Source of the DNA: Macrostomum lignano
Taxonomy: Eukaryota
DNA: 64,000 nucleotides
Assembly (NCBI GenBank): GCA_002269645.1
Contig: NIVC01002532.1
Location: 1-64,000 of the forward strand
Direction of reading: 5' to 3'
Below are positions 1 through 13,264 of the stretch, in pieces. The translations under genes and the position numbers were made by a program. Each line of letters begins with the position of its first letter. Positions within the stretch are counted from its first letter, which is position 1. The notes beneath the pieces were generated by a model, which was given only the letters and a program-made list of their open reading frames with translations, was not told the origin of the DNA and searched no databases.

Positions 1-3000
1 ACAGTCTTTATTTTATGAGGATCAACAAAATCAATACGCTCGTTTACTATAAGCTTACTATAAGGTTTAAGAAGGTTTACTATACTCTAATTTTAAGAAA
101 ACTTAAATTCGCTTTATAAATAAGTAACTGTAAATAAACATTAATATATAATTATTAGATAAATGAGTTTTCTATTTTAATTATTTATTTTAATACCTAT
201 ACAAATTCTAGTCTAACTATTGCTCTTATTTGTGATATAGTATATTGCAAGCACATAAATATTTCTTAAGGCTATACAAACAAACTTAACACCATACAAT
301 AGAACAATTATTCAATAGGTATATAAACTACATGATAAGTAAAAATTATAAATCAATATCTAAATTAACACAAATAAAGGAATTTTAATTTAATATAATT
401 AAGAGCTGCATTTAAAATTAAGCTTTAACATAAAGTATATACATAAAACTGAAATAGAAAAATTGAATAGTTTCTCTAAATAAAGTAAACTAATTATTTT
501 TAATATAATTCAATCTATAGAAACTAAAAATTTAGAGCTATATATTTAAACTTAAAAAATTGGTTATACTAGCATTATATACTAAACTAGAATTAATTTG
601 TAAGTGATATTTCATTTTTAAAGCTTTAGATACAACATTTCTAATATAAATAAGAATAGGATAAGGATATATTTATTGAATCTTTAAACTAAAAAACCTT
701 TAATAATATGCTTAAAATACTTTAGGGTCTAAAAAATTAACAAATGGAAATTATTTATAATGCTTTACCATGTTGAACAGCTACAATTTCTACTATTAGA
801 ATTAGAAAAAATGTCTTAGACTAAGGGAAAATATTTGCAACTATTATTATAAGTACACATACTCTTTTAGTTAAAAATTAAGCATTCTTATACTTCCATA
901 TGATCTATGTGGTCAAATAAAATTTGCAATTAAATACTGATGGAGATATAAAATTCTTGTCCACTACATTAAAATATAATTCTACTAATATTAATAAGTA
1001 ATAACCTTACATAAATGCTTTTACAGTTTTAGATAAAAGTGCAGCAACATAACTAGCCAAACGCATTCATCAACAAAATCTACTTGCAATTAGTGCTGAT
1101 ATTAAGCGACCTACAGGCAAGTCATATGCATTCATGACAATGTTTTCATACCAATATTAGGAGGAAAAGTCATAAACAAAAAACTAGAACTAGAACTACA
1201 GTCTACACAGTGACAGAAGGCATAAATGTACGAAAATGAGTCAATAAGAACATCAGCCTTAGTCTTAAAATGTCTTGTCTTCTAGCTATACCTCTTCCGC
1301 TTTAATACAAGTGACTTTTTCTAGGCATTTGAAGTCCTCTTGCTCTAGTACACGGTAATTGAAATATTAATTTATAATTAATTTAAGCAACAGAAAAAAA
1401 CTCTAATACGATAATAAAAATCGAATCTCCTAATTTTAAACAGATAATAATGCATTTTTACGAAAACAAAAGTAAAAAAATAGGTATAAATATGCTTTCA
1501 GCTAAGTCTAAAACTTGCATATTTTTACACCTTTGTTTTTACGCATTTGTAAGGGGCTCATTAAAACCCGTTAAATTTCTTTTGTTGCACGTCCTAAGAA
1601 ATACAACAAGAATTTAGAAATATATAATATGGTACCGGACATTTCACTTCTAGGAAATAACCATTGTATATATGATGTCTAAAAAAGATTTACTTTTTAT
1701 TTATAGGTGGCTGGTATAATTTATCGTTGATAGAAGCCTGAAGAGTAATCGATTAGTCCCGAGCTTTTAGTTTCTGAGCTCAGACTCATTTTAGTACTTC
1801 AATTGGCCAACAATTTAAGCTGGCACTGTACTACATGGGATTTAAATGGGCATTTAAAAAACAATTTAAAAGCCTATTACCTGAAAAAACTAGCTGTTTG
1901 ACTTACAATATAATTAAGCACATGCAGCATATAACATGTTCAAGTACATGTTCTTCTATTAGAATATATATTTAGTTCACATCTGAATATCTATAAGCCT
2001 TATAAACTGATATTTGCAGCTGCTTGCAAGAGGCGATCATTATCTTGAGGATAATCCATCGTACCTAGCCGAACTGATATGCGTGCATTAGTAAGAGGCT
2101 AGAGCTGAGGCCTATATTATGATATTCTCTATTGATTAAGGAAAAATCATAAGCAAGTAGCTTATAATTGCCTTTCTAGTATCTAGATACAAAAAACAAG
2201 TCTCGAGAGAAATTTCTGCCTAGAGCATGACAAATAAGCTTAAAGCCTCTTAAAATGGTTGCTGAACTGCAGTCTTGAGATTTGAAAAAGCTGAGAGCGT
2301 TTCAAGTGCTTAAATTTGCTTCACGTCAAGTAAATTGCGCGACTGCCACAGATCATCGCGCGCGAATAATGGGTGCAAACAGGGTGCAGCTTATTCAACG
2401 GCAAGCCATCTCATTTGCCTAACAGCTGTCTGTCTCCAAGCCTTTGACTATTTTTTTTTGTTTTGCGCCATACTCTGAGAGATGCTGCCATGGCTGCCTG
2501 CAGATTGATGCAGTTTGTGAAACTGTTGCTGCTTGCTGATCTGAGGGAGTGGATAGGGGGCTGCTTAGCTCAATTGTTCTACGCGAGCGTTGACTTGGAG
2601 ACGAGATGGCTGGTTGATCCGTGGACCCGTAACCTAGCCTGATTTTAATATCCCTTCTCAAACTGCCTCTTCCTTCTATCCAGGCTTCCATCATGCCCGA
2701 GGCCTCCCGCTGCAAACAGATATTTCCAACCCCTACCTGCTGCGACAGGCATCTGATGGAAGAGGGGTTGCCTGATGCGATAAATGCATAGGCTTTTGCC
2801 CATTCTATCATGAGCGCTAGATGGATTCAGAGATGCTGAGTACAGAATCTATCCTACGTTTTCTCTTGTTCCCAAGTCTGTCCCTCTGCTTTCCACCCAC
2901 AGCCCCGCATGAAACTTTACTGCCTCACCTCACAACCCCTCTTCTCCGATTTGTTGTTATGTTACCATGGCGCTGTTGGATTGATTGCCTGCATACCCTT

Positions 3001-3136
3001 CCTGCAGCCGCCCCACCCCAGTCCGTGCGGGTTCTCACGCCCGCCCTCCTCATCCCGATAAGCATTTTAAAATCCCAACTAGACCGGGACGAGGCCTTTA
3101 ATCTCCCACATCGACAGTCCAATTTTCAAGCCACTC

Positions 3137-6100
3137 ATGCTATCAGTTCTGTTACTGTCTCTGGCCATTTTGGCCGGCCCAGCGGTTGGTCAGACCTTCG
3201 GCAACTTTACCTGGGTGTTTGAGAAACTCGACTACCACCCGACCACTGTGACTTTCGGCAACGTTCTTCGCTTCCGAGTTAACGGCACGATGGACGCCAC
3301 GTCGAGCAGCGAGCTGCGCATCGAAATCTACACGGCTAGCGACAACACGTCCGCCCTTTTCTCTATCTGCTCCCCTACGATCATCAGCATCGGCTCCGGT
3401 CTGAGTGGCAGCATCAACGCCACCGTCCTGAACAGCCAGTGGATCATGGAGTCCAAGGGCAACGACTATCGCAGCGAGAGAGCCATTCTGAACGTTGTCA
3501 ACATCACCAATACTGGGGCCTCCGGAGCTAACAGTAAGATTGTTTTTGAGTTCAGCGCAATTGTCCTGAATTCACCCCGCATGGCCCTAAACACGAGCTA
3601 CTATGTGAGCTTTGGTGCTCGCTACGCCAATCAAACTAAGGTCTGGGTGGGACAGGCAGCTTACCCCTGGCAGAATGTGACCGCTAACACTAGCGCCACT
3701 GTCTCCAACCTGACCCTAACGGGACCATCAAGTCTCATGATTGGCGAGACGGGAGTGTTTACCGCCAAATTTACTACGGGAGTCATGCTGAACCAGATCA
3801 TCATGGATATCTTTGCCCCACTGAACACAACCGACATCATGTCCGTCTGCTTTGCAACTATCGGCGAGGACAGTGGTAGATCATTCAGCTGTGGTCCGAC
3901 CAGCGGCAACCTGACCTTCCCGTCAAGGGTTCTATACGACGCTGCCTCAGGCGAGTACCGCAACGCCATCGCCACGTTTGACGCTGGAGAACTGATCAAC
4001 GGAGCGATGAGAACCGGCTCAACAACCGATGCGGACAACACAGTTACGTTCAAGATCGCGGCTAAGATGCTAAACGGAAGCTCCGTCGGTACGCCCTACA
4101 AGTTCGGCATCGCTTTGCAGCACAACTATGCCCAGATTTGGACGGCCAGCGTTAATGTTTCTGCCGAAGCAGCCAACTGGACAACGCCATCCGCAAACCC
4201 CGTAATGCAGCTTACGCAGAACATGGACTACGTAATGATTGGGTCCACGGCAACTGTATTTTTGAACATGACGCTCCCACGGAACAGCACCACCAACTAC
4301 AAGGTAGAAGTTGCCCTACCTTTTAACGACTCGCAGGCCCTCATGACGTTTCAACGCATTCGTATCCTCCATGTGGGTAGAAACATGCCTTGCTTCTACT
4401 ACAACACCAACAACGTGACGCTAATTAGCTCGGCTAATGACACCAACAAAGACTACATAATTTTCGACTTGGGTCCAATCACTGACACCGGAATCCGCAG
4501 CGGCCTTTATGACGACGACATTGTAATCGAGATTTCTGGGCTTGTTCTGAACCACTCGCTCATCACTTCCGGTGGCAGCCTGAAAGTAGTTGCTGGAGTT
4601 CGCTATGGCAATGCCATCTGGGTTTCGTCTCAGAACTTCACTGTCGTCACGACGCAACCGACTTACCCAATCAATAAGCAGCTGCAGATTACTCTTAAGA
4701 ACGCCATGACAGTCAGTACCATCTATAATGGAACAACCCATGCTTTCTGGCTTGACATCTACCAGCCCATCGGTACCCACTATGGCCCCATGGACATCGA
4801 GCTTATTACTGTCATGGATAACAATCGCGCTGTTTTGTCCATTTGCGATGTGCAGGTCCTGCTACTGGGAGATAATTTTATCAACATCAACACGAGCTCC
4901 TTGACGGTCACAAATGTTTCTACTGCTGATGATGGATTTGTTGATCGAGTGCTCATTCGATTCCCATCAAAATACGTTTCCAACGTGGGCATGCTCGACT
5001 TTCCATGGAGCCGAGAGAAGAATACTATTCGATTCCAAATTTTGACAAGCATAACACCTCATTACATCACGAACACAAGCAATCTCTTCAACGACAGCCT
5101 GTACTGGATTGGCGCGAGTGTGAAGTACGAAGAAAACAAGCTATTTGTGTCCCGTGTTGGAGTCGACTATGATCCGACTACTACGTTCAACAACATCTCG
5201 AGCGTAAACGAATCCTCATTTAGCACAGTCCAGCAGACACCCAATACTACCGTGTGGGTTGGAGGGACATACACAATGCAGTACAACATGACCAGCGTTA
5301 TCCAAAGCTATGGTCGCTACGTCATTGATGTTGTGTCGCTGAATGAGAACCTCCACATTTGCCGCGTGGGCCTGGCTAAAAGGGGTGTGAACGTACCTTG
5401 CCTTGGCCAAATGATTGAACCAAATGTGACCCTCGCTAATGGCAGCAGCACTATCGTTAAGGAGTACCAGTTAGATCTTTTGAACTTTGCAAATGTGGGT
5501 CAACCATGCACCAAGTACAGCGGTAGCGACAACTCCGGTCTGTTCGATGTAGTTCTACAAGTTAAGTCGGGTACTTCAGGATCGGTTGTGTCAGCTGGTG
5601 GGGTCATTTATATCGGCTCGAAAAAGCTCTGGGTGGATGGTGTGAATATAACAATCAACAGCACTCTGCCCAGCATTCAGTTCACGCCTCAATTTAGCCT
5701 TGGACTTAGAAATGGATCGCAGAATTTAGTCCGAAATGGTACCCATACTGTCGTACTGGAAGGATACCTGCCCGTGGATACCCTGGGCGAATACTCGGTC
5801 GACTTCCTCGTTCCATTTAACACAAGCGATCGAGGCAAGCTTCATATTTGTTCTACCAGGGTCGTTCGTGTTGGCTGGAACTTGCCCTGTGTGAATGACA
5901 CCCAGCTGACTAGGGTTTTCAACGACACTTACGATTCTGGGGCTACTGACAGAAGTCAAATTAACCTGGGCTTCATCCAAAACATTGCCACTTCTGGTGC
6001 GGTGGTTCAGGAAGATAACAAAATAATTATTGAGGCCGACATTTACGTGAACGGAACAATGACAAGCGTAGGAGAAACGCTTTGGGTTGGAGCCTCGGTG

Positions 6101-8240
6101 AACATCAGCAACAGTCTTGTTTGGGTCGGCAGCAAGTCGCTAACCGTAACGGACACTCTGCCCACTATAACTGGACTGAATCCCTACATCACCCCGGCCG
6201 TGACAGATACGGTGCAAATGAATATTTTCGAAGAGAGAACTTTCACATTTAATGTCACAATCGCCGAGTCGCTGACCAACTTCACGCTCACTATTTATTC
6301 CAACGCAACTCCTGCTAGTTCGGAGGCAAAGTTCACCTTCCGTGAACTAAATGTTACCTACAAGGGTACCAACATTTGCTGCCAGGACAAACTTAATTTT
6401 GTATATTCCAACGTTTCGACTTTGGGCAATACCCAGGTAGACGTGATCATGGCAAACGCTTATGTTGGTAACACTGGAGTCTTCAGACGTCACCAGTGGA
6501 GCAAGTATCATAAGGATTCTGACGTGCTGCAGTTCAAAGTAAAGGCTCGCCTAATGGATCACGAGGACAACATCGCCAATAGTGTCCAGTACATCTACTG
6601 TAACTTGACTTTCAGTGGAGAGACGGTCTCTACGAACGCTCCTGTGATGGTGAATATTACGGCCACGGATAAGCCAAGCTTACAGATCTTCCAGACGGAG
6701 GTACAGAACCTGTCGGTTTATAGTAAGATACCGGGCGCGGACGTACAGCTGGCTATTCGTCTCAACCACACGGAGACGTCACGCGGAAATGCTTACGGTG
6801 TCAACCTTTTCTGGTACATACCCTACGTCATTGGATACTCGGCTTTTGTGAGCTCCGTCCCATTCACTGTCACCGTCCAGAACAACACAAACGCTAGCGA
6901 GGGAATTCTAATCACTTTCCCTCGCATCACGTACACCGATGATCTGTACATCGTGATCAATGCTACAGTCGATCCTCTGGGCGCCTTGAAGTACGGAAGC
7001 GGCATCACCTTCATTACGCTACTTGCCGATGCTTTTTACACGCACCGAAACAAGCCAGGTTCCGTCGTTACTACAACCGCCGTAAATGCTTACTCGCCAA
7101 CCTTCCGCGCTGGACTGAATGTCTTCGTACCCGACTGCGCAAACCCATTGGGAATGGAGTCGGGTGCTATAGCAGACTGTCAGATCACCTCCAGCGGCTA
7201 TCTGGGCACGGACAGCCCACTCCACAGCCGCTACAACTCCACCGCTGCTTGGACTACGCTTCACCGCGGGCCACCATTCTACGGCAACGAGTTCCTGGAG
7301 ATCAACTTAGGAAATCGAACCCGAGTCAGCGCGGTCAGGCTTCAGTCGCATAAGGATGATACCAACAACAAGGTGGATACCTTCTGGTTTCAATACAGCG
7401 AGGAGGGTCTTCTATGGTTTGATGTCAACAGCAACAACACCAACACCAAGGAGGTAAGTTGCGCAATATTTTTAACTATATTAGAAGCTGTGCAGGCAGC
7501 CATTGTTGCCAGAAAACAGCGCATCAATACAAGCTGCTTTCAAATTTCGATAACTTTCAGGTTTACACGGCTACTTACTCTGGCGGCTCGGCTTACGTGA
7601 AGCTAAACAAGGCCATTGTAGGTCGGTACATCAGGATACTGCCTTTGACTGGCTCGCCAAAGACCTACAGCCGCTCGCTGCGCGTGGAATTTTATGGTTG
7701 TCAGCAGACAACCGACGTGACACCTGCTGAAGCATGCTACGAAGTGACGACCAAGGCCACTGGCTTCAGCCACAGTCGCAGCTACGTCATCAGTCCCAAA
7801 GAGGGCGCCATTTACGCTTGCATGCTCTATAGGCCCGGGGTCGGGCCCACTGCTCTCGCTCTGTGGACTTTGGCGCCAGCTGGGAAGCATTGGACAGCGT
7901 GATCAGCCAGATTGGCTTCGTCCTGCCGACCGACTCGAGCATCTACGGCACCGCCTACGATGAACGGAGCCGCATGAAGTCCATTGACGGCGGTTGGAGC
8001 TGGTTCGCCATCTCGGAGGAGGACTACACGACCAACCTGGCTCTGGGCCGCCGCGCCATTGAGATTCCGTGGCAGGACTTCGGCACCAACAACGCCACTC
8101 TGCTGTGCCCCACATATGGCATGAAGTACAATGACACCTTCACCGTTAGCGTCGACGTCACGGGCCTCCACATCAGCAAGGACGGCCAGAACAAGACCTG
8201 GACGCTGATCGCCGGCTGGGCCGATGCCAACTGGCTCTGA
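3137..8240 (+). CDS. Large secreted glycoprotein: signal peptide, about six ~160-170 aa beta-rich repeats, F5/8 type C (discoidin) domain, C-terminal Asp-box (BNR) region; apparent 1-nt frameshift near 7837-7840
   Basis: Exon 1 is 3137-7453 (GAG|gtaagt), intron 7454-7560 (ttcag|), exon 2 is 7561-8240. N-terminus MLSVLLLSLAILAGPAVG is signal-like. CANPLGMESGAIADCQITSS...GRYIRILP...SLRVEFYGC is a typical F5/8C domain. Asp-box motifs SVDFGASW, SIDGGWSW and SKDGQNKTW lie in a shifted frame after CCCGGGG; adding one G gives RPGGRAHCSRSVDFGASW and ~1665 aa. Confidence 0.8.
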
Positions 8241-10837
8241 GAGAGTCGGCCAGGATAAACCGGAGCACATAAAGTGGAGAACCAACTTTGCCTGAGGAAC
8301 TGAAAAGCATCGACTCCAGAACAGAGAATATTTAGGCTCTCGAGTTAATTTTTTCACGGCTTTATTTAACAGTTTAAAATTTTTCAAATCAAAAAACTCA
8401 TAAACGAAAATTATGTACCTTTAATTTTTTCTTATAAAAAGTAGTCACTTTTTTATACAGTGGTATTTTTCTGAGCTAGCAGTAATTTCATACCAGATAG
8501 CTGGACTGGCAACTCAAGGCTGCCTGATGCTTTTGGAAGAAATTTGGCATCGATCAAATGAGAACCGACACTTTTTATTTAAGCGTTACAGAATCAATGA
8601 ATAATGTCGCGCAAAACCAACTGGATATGAAGGAATGAAATCGGGAATTAGGAAGAGTGGCCTTGGCTGTCCGTCCGACTTTGGTTACTTTCGCTAGTAC
8701 AAGCGCTGCCCTCTTTTTAACCACTTTGCATACAAAAAAACAAAGCAACTGTTTAATTTTGCCTCTTCAAAAATGCCTGTCATTTTTCTGTCAGTTCACA
8801 GATTATCAACTGTTTTTGTTCCGCGAAAATCGATTCGTGTCAAAACTAAGTAACAAAATTCTACTCTTTCAAAAAAGCTAATACAGAATATACTGTCAAC
8901 AGCATCCTCTCCGCAATTCTGCTTGCGCAGTGGCCAGCTTCTCCTTTATTAACAGCAGAGTGACGCCAGAAGCCTCAAGAAGAGAAGAGAGGCTCAAGAA
9001 GAGGTGGCACTAAGAAGGCAAAGCGACTTTTTGTCTTTGAAAGACAGAACAGCTGCAGACATGCGGAGCTGGAGTGAGGGAACAATCGAAGAAGACGAAG
9101 GGGAGGAGAGGGGCGACAGGCCTCGCTAGCAGAGTTCCCGTCCCAGCAGTCCCGCGGCACGGCATGAAAAATTCATGGCGACACCACCGCCCTCCTCCGC
9201 CAGCCGCCAGATCGATGCGGCACTGCTGCTGCAATAAACCAGTCGGCTGCTGGCATCGGAGAGAGAAGGCTTCTGTACCCCCCCCCTGTTTGCAATTTGC
9301 CCCAGCTTCTAGTTACCAGGCGGGCAAACAGCAGCAGCCCCAGCTCAGGTGAGTTGGCATCAGGTGAGATGAAGGGACAGAGGCAGGCAGGCGGCTCATG
9401 CGAGACGATGGGGGCGGCGCTTCGCTGCGCGAGCATGCAGGGGTGGAAAATGAATGCGGGCGGCCAGTGGCGGCGGCCGATAGTTGATTTCTGCTGCATG
9501 GATGCGCAGAAGATGGGGGGAGGTGCCACCGCGCTTCGGCTGATGGGAGCGGTTGCCATGACAAATAGTTGGGGCTCATGTGACTGCCGGCTGATCCCAA
9601 CCCGCAGCCGCTTCGTCCCTCCGTCCTGGCTTCCCACTGCCCTGCGCCAGAATGCAAGAAATCGTCTCTATGAGTGGAGTAGCAGCGGGAATGTTTTGTG
9701 TAAGTCTGTTCTCTCAGTGCGGAGAAGCTGCTTGCTAGCCTCAGACATGGAAAGAGCTCATTAGATGCGACTTCGAATTGAGGAAGCTCACTAAAAACTG
9801 GAGGCTCACCTGTGTATTTTATATACGGACTTTTCTCTAAGATAAACCAAAGCCCGAAGAGCAAAATGCAGAATGGTAAATCTTAGCGACATCTGTCTTA
9901 GTGATTTTGTTCAAAGTTAAAACAGATGAACACGCGGGAGGAGCCCTGCAACCTCGGAAAAGACCTACCCAGGAGCTCAGAAGTTGAGAAATTGTCGCGT
10001 TTGAGTTGGAACAGCTCAGCGCTGCTCAAAGTGAAGGCTTACCTAATGTACCACGCCAGAAAACAGAATATTTTTTTAGCCTGTGTTAGGCCTTTAGTTA
10101 CTATCAGTAGTACTGCCAACAATATTTGTTTTTTTGAGGCGGACTGCCTGACGGCAGAAGGTTAAATATATAAAGTAAAGTAACTCAAAACAAAGGGCAA
10201 AGAGCACTTAACATGTATCCAGACTTCATCAAGGATTTTTAGAAGTACTCGTAGCGGTGTTATCGAGAACGTTGCACTCGCGATAACTGGGATTAGCGGG
10301 CCCTGTCATAAGACCCGACTTGGTCTCGAACTCGCAACTGCAGTTGTTGCACGAGGAAGCGTCTGATTTATTCTGTTTAGAATAAATAAATGAGTTCTGA
10401 CGCTTCCCAATAATCTTCTGATTAATCTTCTAATCTTCTGAATGTAGGCAAAAAATTCTCGGCAGCGGAAGATTTTCTACTAGTATTAACGGTTTTCATA
10501 AACTATTCTTTTAAAACCTTTATTCCAATTACGCTCGTATTTCATCAAAATCACATGCAGTTGACAGCTGCGAAACAGAAGGCACCAGGCGATCCAAGAA
10601 ATTAGCAACAGAGGAAGCGCTCGTACAGTGAGGCACTTCATGGCAACAGCTCAGCAGGGAAAGATAGCATATAATTTACGCTACTGTACTCTGCATCTAC
10701 ATGCATGCACTACGAGTACAGAAAATTGATTTTGCAATAAAAAAGCAGCAGTAATTAATACTGTACCTTCCATATACTAAAAATTTATGTAACTATTAGT
10801 TTAACTTTATAACTATATTAAATTGCTTTTCATGCCT

Positions 10838-13264
10838 TTACATCTGAAAAACCTTCAGGAAGTCTTTGAGAATCCACACAATATCACCGTCTGGCCAAGC
10901 CATGAAATTTTTGACATCCAGCGCTGACAGGCCCCGAGTCCGCCAGGCAGAGTAGTTTCTGCTGGCGAAGAAGTCCACTATCGTTGCTCTGTCAGTTCCG
11001 ACCATGTGCTGCCTCAGAAACTCCATCTGCACTGCAGCCACTCTGAACTGGCTGAACAGACAGCCCGACGTCCTCAGGAAGTCCGCCTCTCCGCCCTCGA
11101 TGTCCAGCTTGATGACGACGTTCCTCGTGCCGATGAGGCCGCACAGCCGCTCGCTCCTTACCGGCATCACGGGGATCGAGTCGATCACGGCTCTGCCGAA
11201 CTTGGTCGCTCCGCCGACGTTGCAGTCGTCAGGGAAGTTGAGGAAGCTCAGCTGGTCTCCGGATCCGATGAAGTTCCACACGAGCGCCGCATCGAGCGCC
11301 GCCGCGTTGAGGCTCAGCCGCAGTCGGAGCAGGTTGCGGATGTTCGCGTCCAGCGACACGACGGGCAGGCCGAGTCTCGCGGCCAGCAGGCTGTAGACAC
11401 CGATGTTGCAACCCGCGTCCAGGAAGGTCGCGTTCGGCACCTTCAGAGCCAGTCTCATGGTTGTATGGACCAGCTCACGCTCCCATTCGTGACTGGTCTT
11501 GATGGCCTCAGAAATCATGTCTTTCCCAGGGTAGACGAACATCTTCACCTTGGTGTTATTCATGTCCAGCAGATCGGCGGTCGCGCTGCCAGACCGCACA
11601 ACACCGAGGATTCTCTCATCGAACGGGTTCTGCAGCCGGCACATGGGGAACCCGCCCGCCGCTTTCTCGTACGCCTTGGCGCCGCTGCACAGGACGTGGC
11701 GGAGCGCCGGCTGCTGGAAGTCCACATTGCGCAGCTCATTGTAGATTTTGCAGTTTGTTTTTATTGTTGCCGGTGTTACACTTTAGACTATCCGGGGTTT
11801 TTTTGTCTGGCCCGGATATCCGAACGCACATACGATATCCGCCCGGATACTGCCAAGCAAAAAACCTGCTTTGTTTTGTCCTTCCCGGATATCTTGAGCT
11901 GCTTTGCATTGTCCGGGCACTTTGAGATGTCTCTCCCGGACATCCTACGGCACTGACTCTGCTATCCGGCCCGGAGATCACAAGAAGGAGAAGTTGTCTT
12001 GGGACATCCGGCTGTAGGTTGAAAGAGAAGGGTCAGCCTGCGGAGACAGAGGTTTGCTTTAGGACATCCGGCTACTGATATCCGGGGCCAGAAATAGCAA
12101 AATTTCGACATCACTTTTCGCAAATTAGGAAATAACTTTTTTGCTACTTTTTCAATGGCAAACATCCGCGTCATGCTTATTTAACGGTGTATGTTTCAAT
12201 ATCAATTTCGCGCTTCACACACTCCAAAAAGAACTAAAATCAAAGCTAATATTCTCAACCGAAAAGCAGTCTGTTACTCCATTCACCAATCTAATTCGAT
12301 AAATCAAAAACTGGCGATCCGCTGATTGAAGCGTGATGAGCCACAGCCTTCTTCCGATGCTTTGATTGAGATGCTTTCCGTTTTCATGTTTTAAGAAACC
12401 AGCCAGCTGATAAGTATTATTGTCGAGACATTTGATGATGCGGTAGACGTCTTCTGCAGATTATCTCTCTCTTTTGTACTGAAATGTTCCGGCAGTTCAA
12501 CATGCTCGTCGCTAAAAACGCTTACGTAGGACTTGGACAAGAAATATATTCCAACTATCTGAAAAGAATGTGTATTATAATTTGCGCAAACATTCCTTTG
12601 CGGGCTATTAGCTCGTACACTGATATTCATGGCATGTACGCTTGTGCGGGTACATTTAACGACAGTCTATTATCGATTTATTCTTAGACTGCATCTTATC
12701 CGCCCCTCCCAAGCACTCTGAGTCAGTCCCATTCTCGCTTAATGATGTCATTCTGCCCCACGCATTCACATGCGCCTTATCTTGTAAATACGAGCTAATT
12801 TGACCAACTTGCCACCCTAATCTTTATTCACCCCGGACAATTCATGACCTAGGATATTTCAAAGCCCGATTTTGTTGTGCCTTGGATTATCTAGGGTAGG
12901 TTATCGCAAAGCGACAATAATTTTGCTTTGCGATGGCCCCCGGATAAATTAAGACCCCGGTGAACAGAAAGCCTAACAGGGTTGCCGGTGCTCTTGTTTG
13001 CAACTCTGTTTGCAGCGGTCGCGTAGCAGCAGCCTTCGCGACCACTGTTTCGTTTTTTCTACTCGAAATCTGTCTTTCACTTTCCTTTGAAGTTTCTACG
13101 ATTTGGATTGGAGTCGGTATATGGGCATCGGAAATGAAATGCTTTTTCGAAGACCGCGGTTCGATATGGTCGCGCCATCGTACCCTGGAGTACAAAATGT
13201 ACGCCATGAAGAGGGCGGTGGCGCACAAGGCGAGCAGCATAATATTTTGCTTTTGCCGAGCCAT
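10838..13264 (-). CDS. FkbM-family (Methyltransf_21-like) SAM-dependent methyltransferase, copy A, type II membrane anchor; interrupted by a ~1.2-kb insertion or intron
   Basis: 5' part 13264-~12978 encodes MARQKQNIMLLALCATALFMAYILYSRV (signal anchor). 3' part ~11780-10838 contains FLDAGCNIGVYSL and VIKLDIEGGE (FkbM motifs). The two parts join in frame either by removing 11776-12990 or by splicing 12977-11781. Confidence 0.75.
11776..12980. mobile_element. Putative non-autonomous transposon-like insertion in FkbM copy A, flanked by a 10-bp direct repeat
   Basis: GTTGCCGGTG occurs exactly at 11766-11775 and 12981-12990. Many (T)ATCCGG/CCGGATA motifs cluster near both ends. No clean TIR and no transposase ORF seen. 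Confidence 0.6.

Noticed and set aside
744-1200. Apparent degraded reading frame in the AT-rich left end (MEIIYNALPC..LNTDGDIKFLSTTLKY..)
   Set aside because: About ten stops in ~150 codons is what random ~70% AT sequence would give, and no recognisable motif was found.
8975-9864. Cluster of overlapping 60-180 aa ORFs on both strands in a GC-rich patch
   Set aside because: No recognisable domain, no consistent splice model, and low-complexity Arg/Pro/Ala composition typical of chance ORFs.
10300-10370. B-box-like GAGTTCGAGACC on the minus strand
   Set aside because: No matching A box or cloverleaf could be built; too little to call a tRNA or SINE.
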